A stretch of DNA of 64,000 nucleotides. It comes from an uncultured delta proteobacterium. GTDB taxonomy: Bacteria; Myxococcota_A; Polyangia; Fen-1088. Of the stretch, positions 63,801 to 64,000 are shown piece after piece (within the stretch, counting starts at the first letter, position 1; each line of letters begins with the position of its first letter). Location of the stretch: the NCBI GenBank assembly GCA_963796685.1, contig CAWCMR010000025.1, positions 1,440,001 to 1,504,000 on the forward strand. The letters run 5' to 3'. The translations under genes and the position numbers were made by a program. A model generated the notes under the pieces. It did not search any database and had not been told where the DNA came from. It saw nothing but the letters and a program-made list of their open reading frames with translations.

Positions 63801-64000
63801 CCGCTGGCAAAGGCCAACTGGGCCAAGCGTCCGCCCGGTCCGAAGACGGCCCGCCAAAGCGCGCGCTGCCAGAGCGCGTGGCCGCGGTCATCGCCTGCGT
63901 TGCTTGCATCGCTTTCCCAGGTGGCGAGCATCTCGGGGCGCGAGCTCGCGTATTCGTCGAAGAGCTGGGCCAGCAGGGCCGCCAGTTGGCAGCGGCGGCG
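60857..64000 (-). CDS. recC: Exodeoxyribonuclease V gamma subunit (5' end outside window)
   Basis: WQRALW, VHVFGLS, RRELEV, PMRAIPFR.V.VLGL, D.Y.FLE.LLSAR, FLDDP; GTGA overlap with recB. Confidence 0.9.
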   Translation of the reverse strand, partial: RRRCQLAALLAQLFDEYASSRPEMLATWESDASNAGDDRGHALWQRALWRAVFGPGGRLAQLAFASGVRFVRLDVLWEEAMAKEPAPFAGKAVHVFGLSYLATVYHRMLAVLARASTVHLYTLSPCREAKDELRGMPDPPADDPFGLGREAQSALRRWARPGRENLRLLAACEGVTVDARFPEQASQGASLLRRLQGDIVNRRMPDKSEGERGECDASLRVLPCPSLRRELEVVAAEIWNLARRDPTLRLCDVAVIVPEASKNLYLAQLSAVFDESCALPHSVADLPAASAHRVAEAIALLLRLPFSTFTRKEFLPLLTHPCLMARFPKAAPETWRELAHGLGIVRGADRGDLRGSYVTHDLFTWDQGLRRLALGALCDSRGPGEDEPLVLAGESYLPGPAIDSADEECLGFGLLARSLIADARFASGGGKTSERPLGDWLDFIRGLVESYLVLDQADGAGKSVIGHFLAELEDLSDMGLGQRPVSYRVAAELAERALSATPASRGHYLSSGVAVASFVPMRAIPFRAVFVLGLGQEAFPRPAGHHELDLRAGARKAGDVDRREQDLYMFLETLLSAREHVTLSYVARDEITGDELPASSVLLELRTILGQGYLDPAALARLFGDDVQARPPLRRWDDLAERRAVLPAAEGEHLAKELGAAMAKGEVLPGTAPTPPAKSSSAHAEDARDALVVPLSALRRFLDDPLQGSARFRLGMHDDDDRAPADVEDEPFDMDRRGLSWLLRTSMADALVAAQATPSWQDLRTAYERRAGQAELGGRSPTGLFRAAGTRAEEGLLRAWHEMLPEVLGLHRVECRVVRLAKSAAENPARTGVVYRRAPVLAVPLPGAAGRPARAVRLGGETRLSSRSEQTGGATLGFTCRAGISGKEICREDLWAFLDYVALAAASDEASLPGHRSVLFYSSDGPGKVHTLGFRPLERERARDYLALLCADLLTGALDTSGAATGVHPYLLPHEAVLASRRNHTPLLDEIDELCCEAEGKGRSMSSLQGPVPGVLDRYSAPTAQEAESMAKARFGLFFELASKEGA

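Overview
High-GC bacterial chromosomal segment, most likely Myxococcota/Polyangia-like (inferred from a MXAN_5808-type S41 protease, a Ser/Thr kinase, Gly/Cys-rich lipoproteins, DUF4388 and DUF1844 genes). It carries housekeeping genes (bioA, dapA, dapB, HU, RluA-family synthase, uridine kinase, two-subunit fumarate hydratase, recC-recB-recD) and two diguanylate cyclases. It also carries a NorR/sigma54-controlled nitric-oxide detoxification operon (hemerythrin, DUF438-hemerythrin-PAS protein, qNOR, cupin) and two type II TA loci plus one TA-like nucleotidyltransferase pair. Most unusual observations: (1) a restriction-endonuclease-fold domain fused to a class III nucleotidyl cyclase with non-canonical base-specificity residues; (2) a ~2.6 kb mosaic of short unrelated gene fragments, including two IS91-like transposase pieces, between a 5'-nucleotidase gene and its ~1 kb near-identical partial duplicate; (3) a Phd/VapC module bracketed by a diverged duplicate of the rluA 3' end and udk start; (4) an intact but apparently catalytically degenerate MurQ; (5) a TlyA-RlmL double methyltransferase fusion. 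Single-base frameshifts in dapB, udk and qNOR are probably sequencing errors. No rRNA, tRNA or CRISPR array was recognised. All family assignments come from motif recognition by eye; no searches were run.
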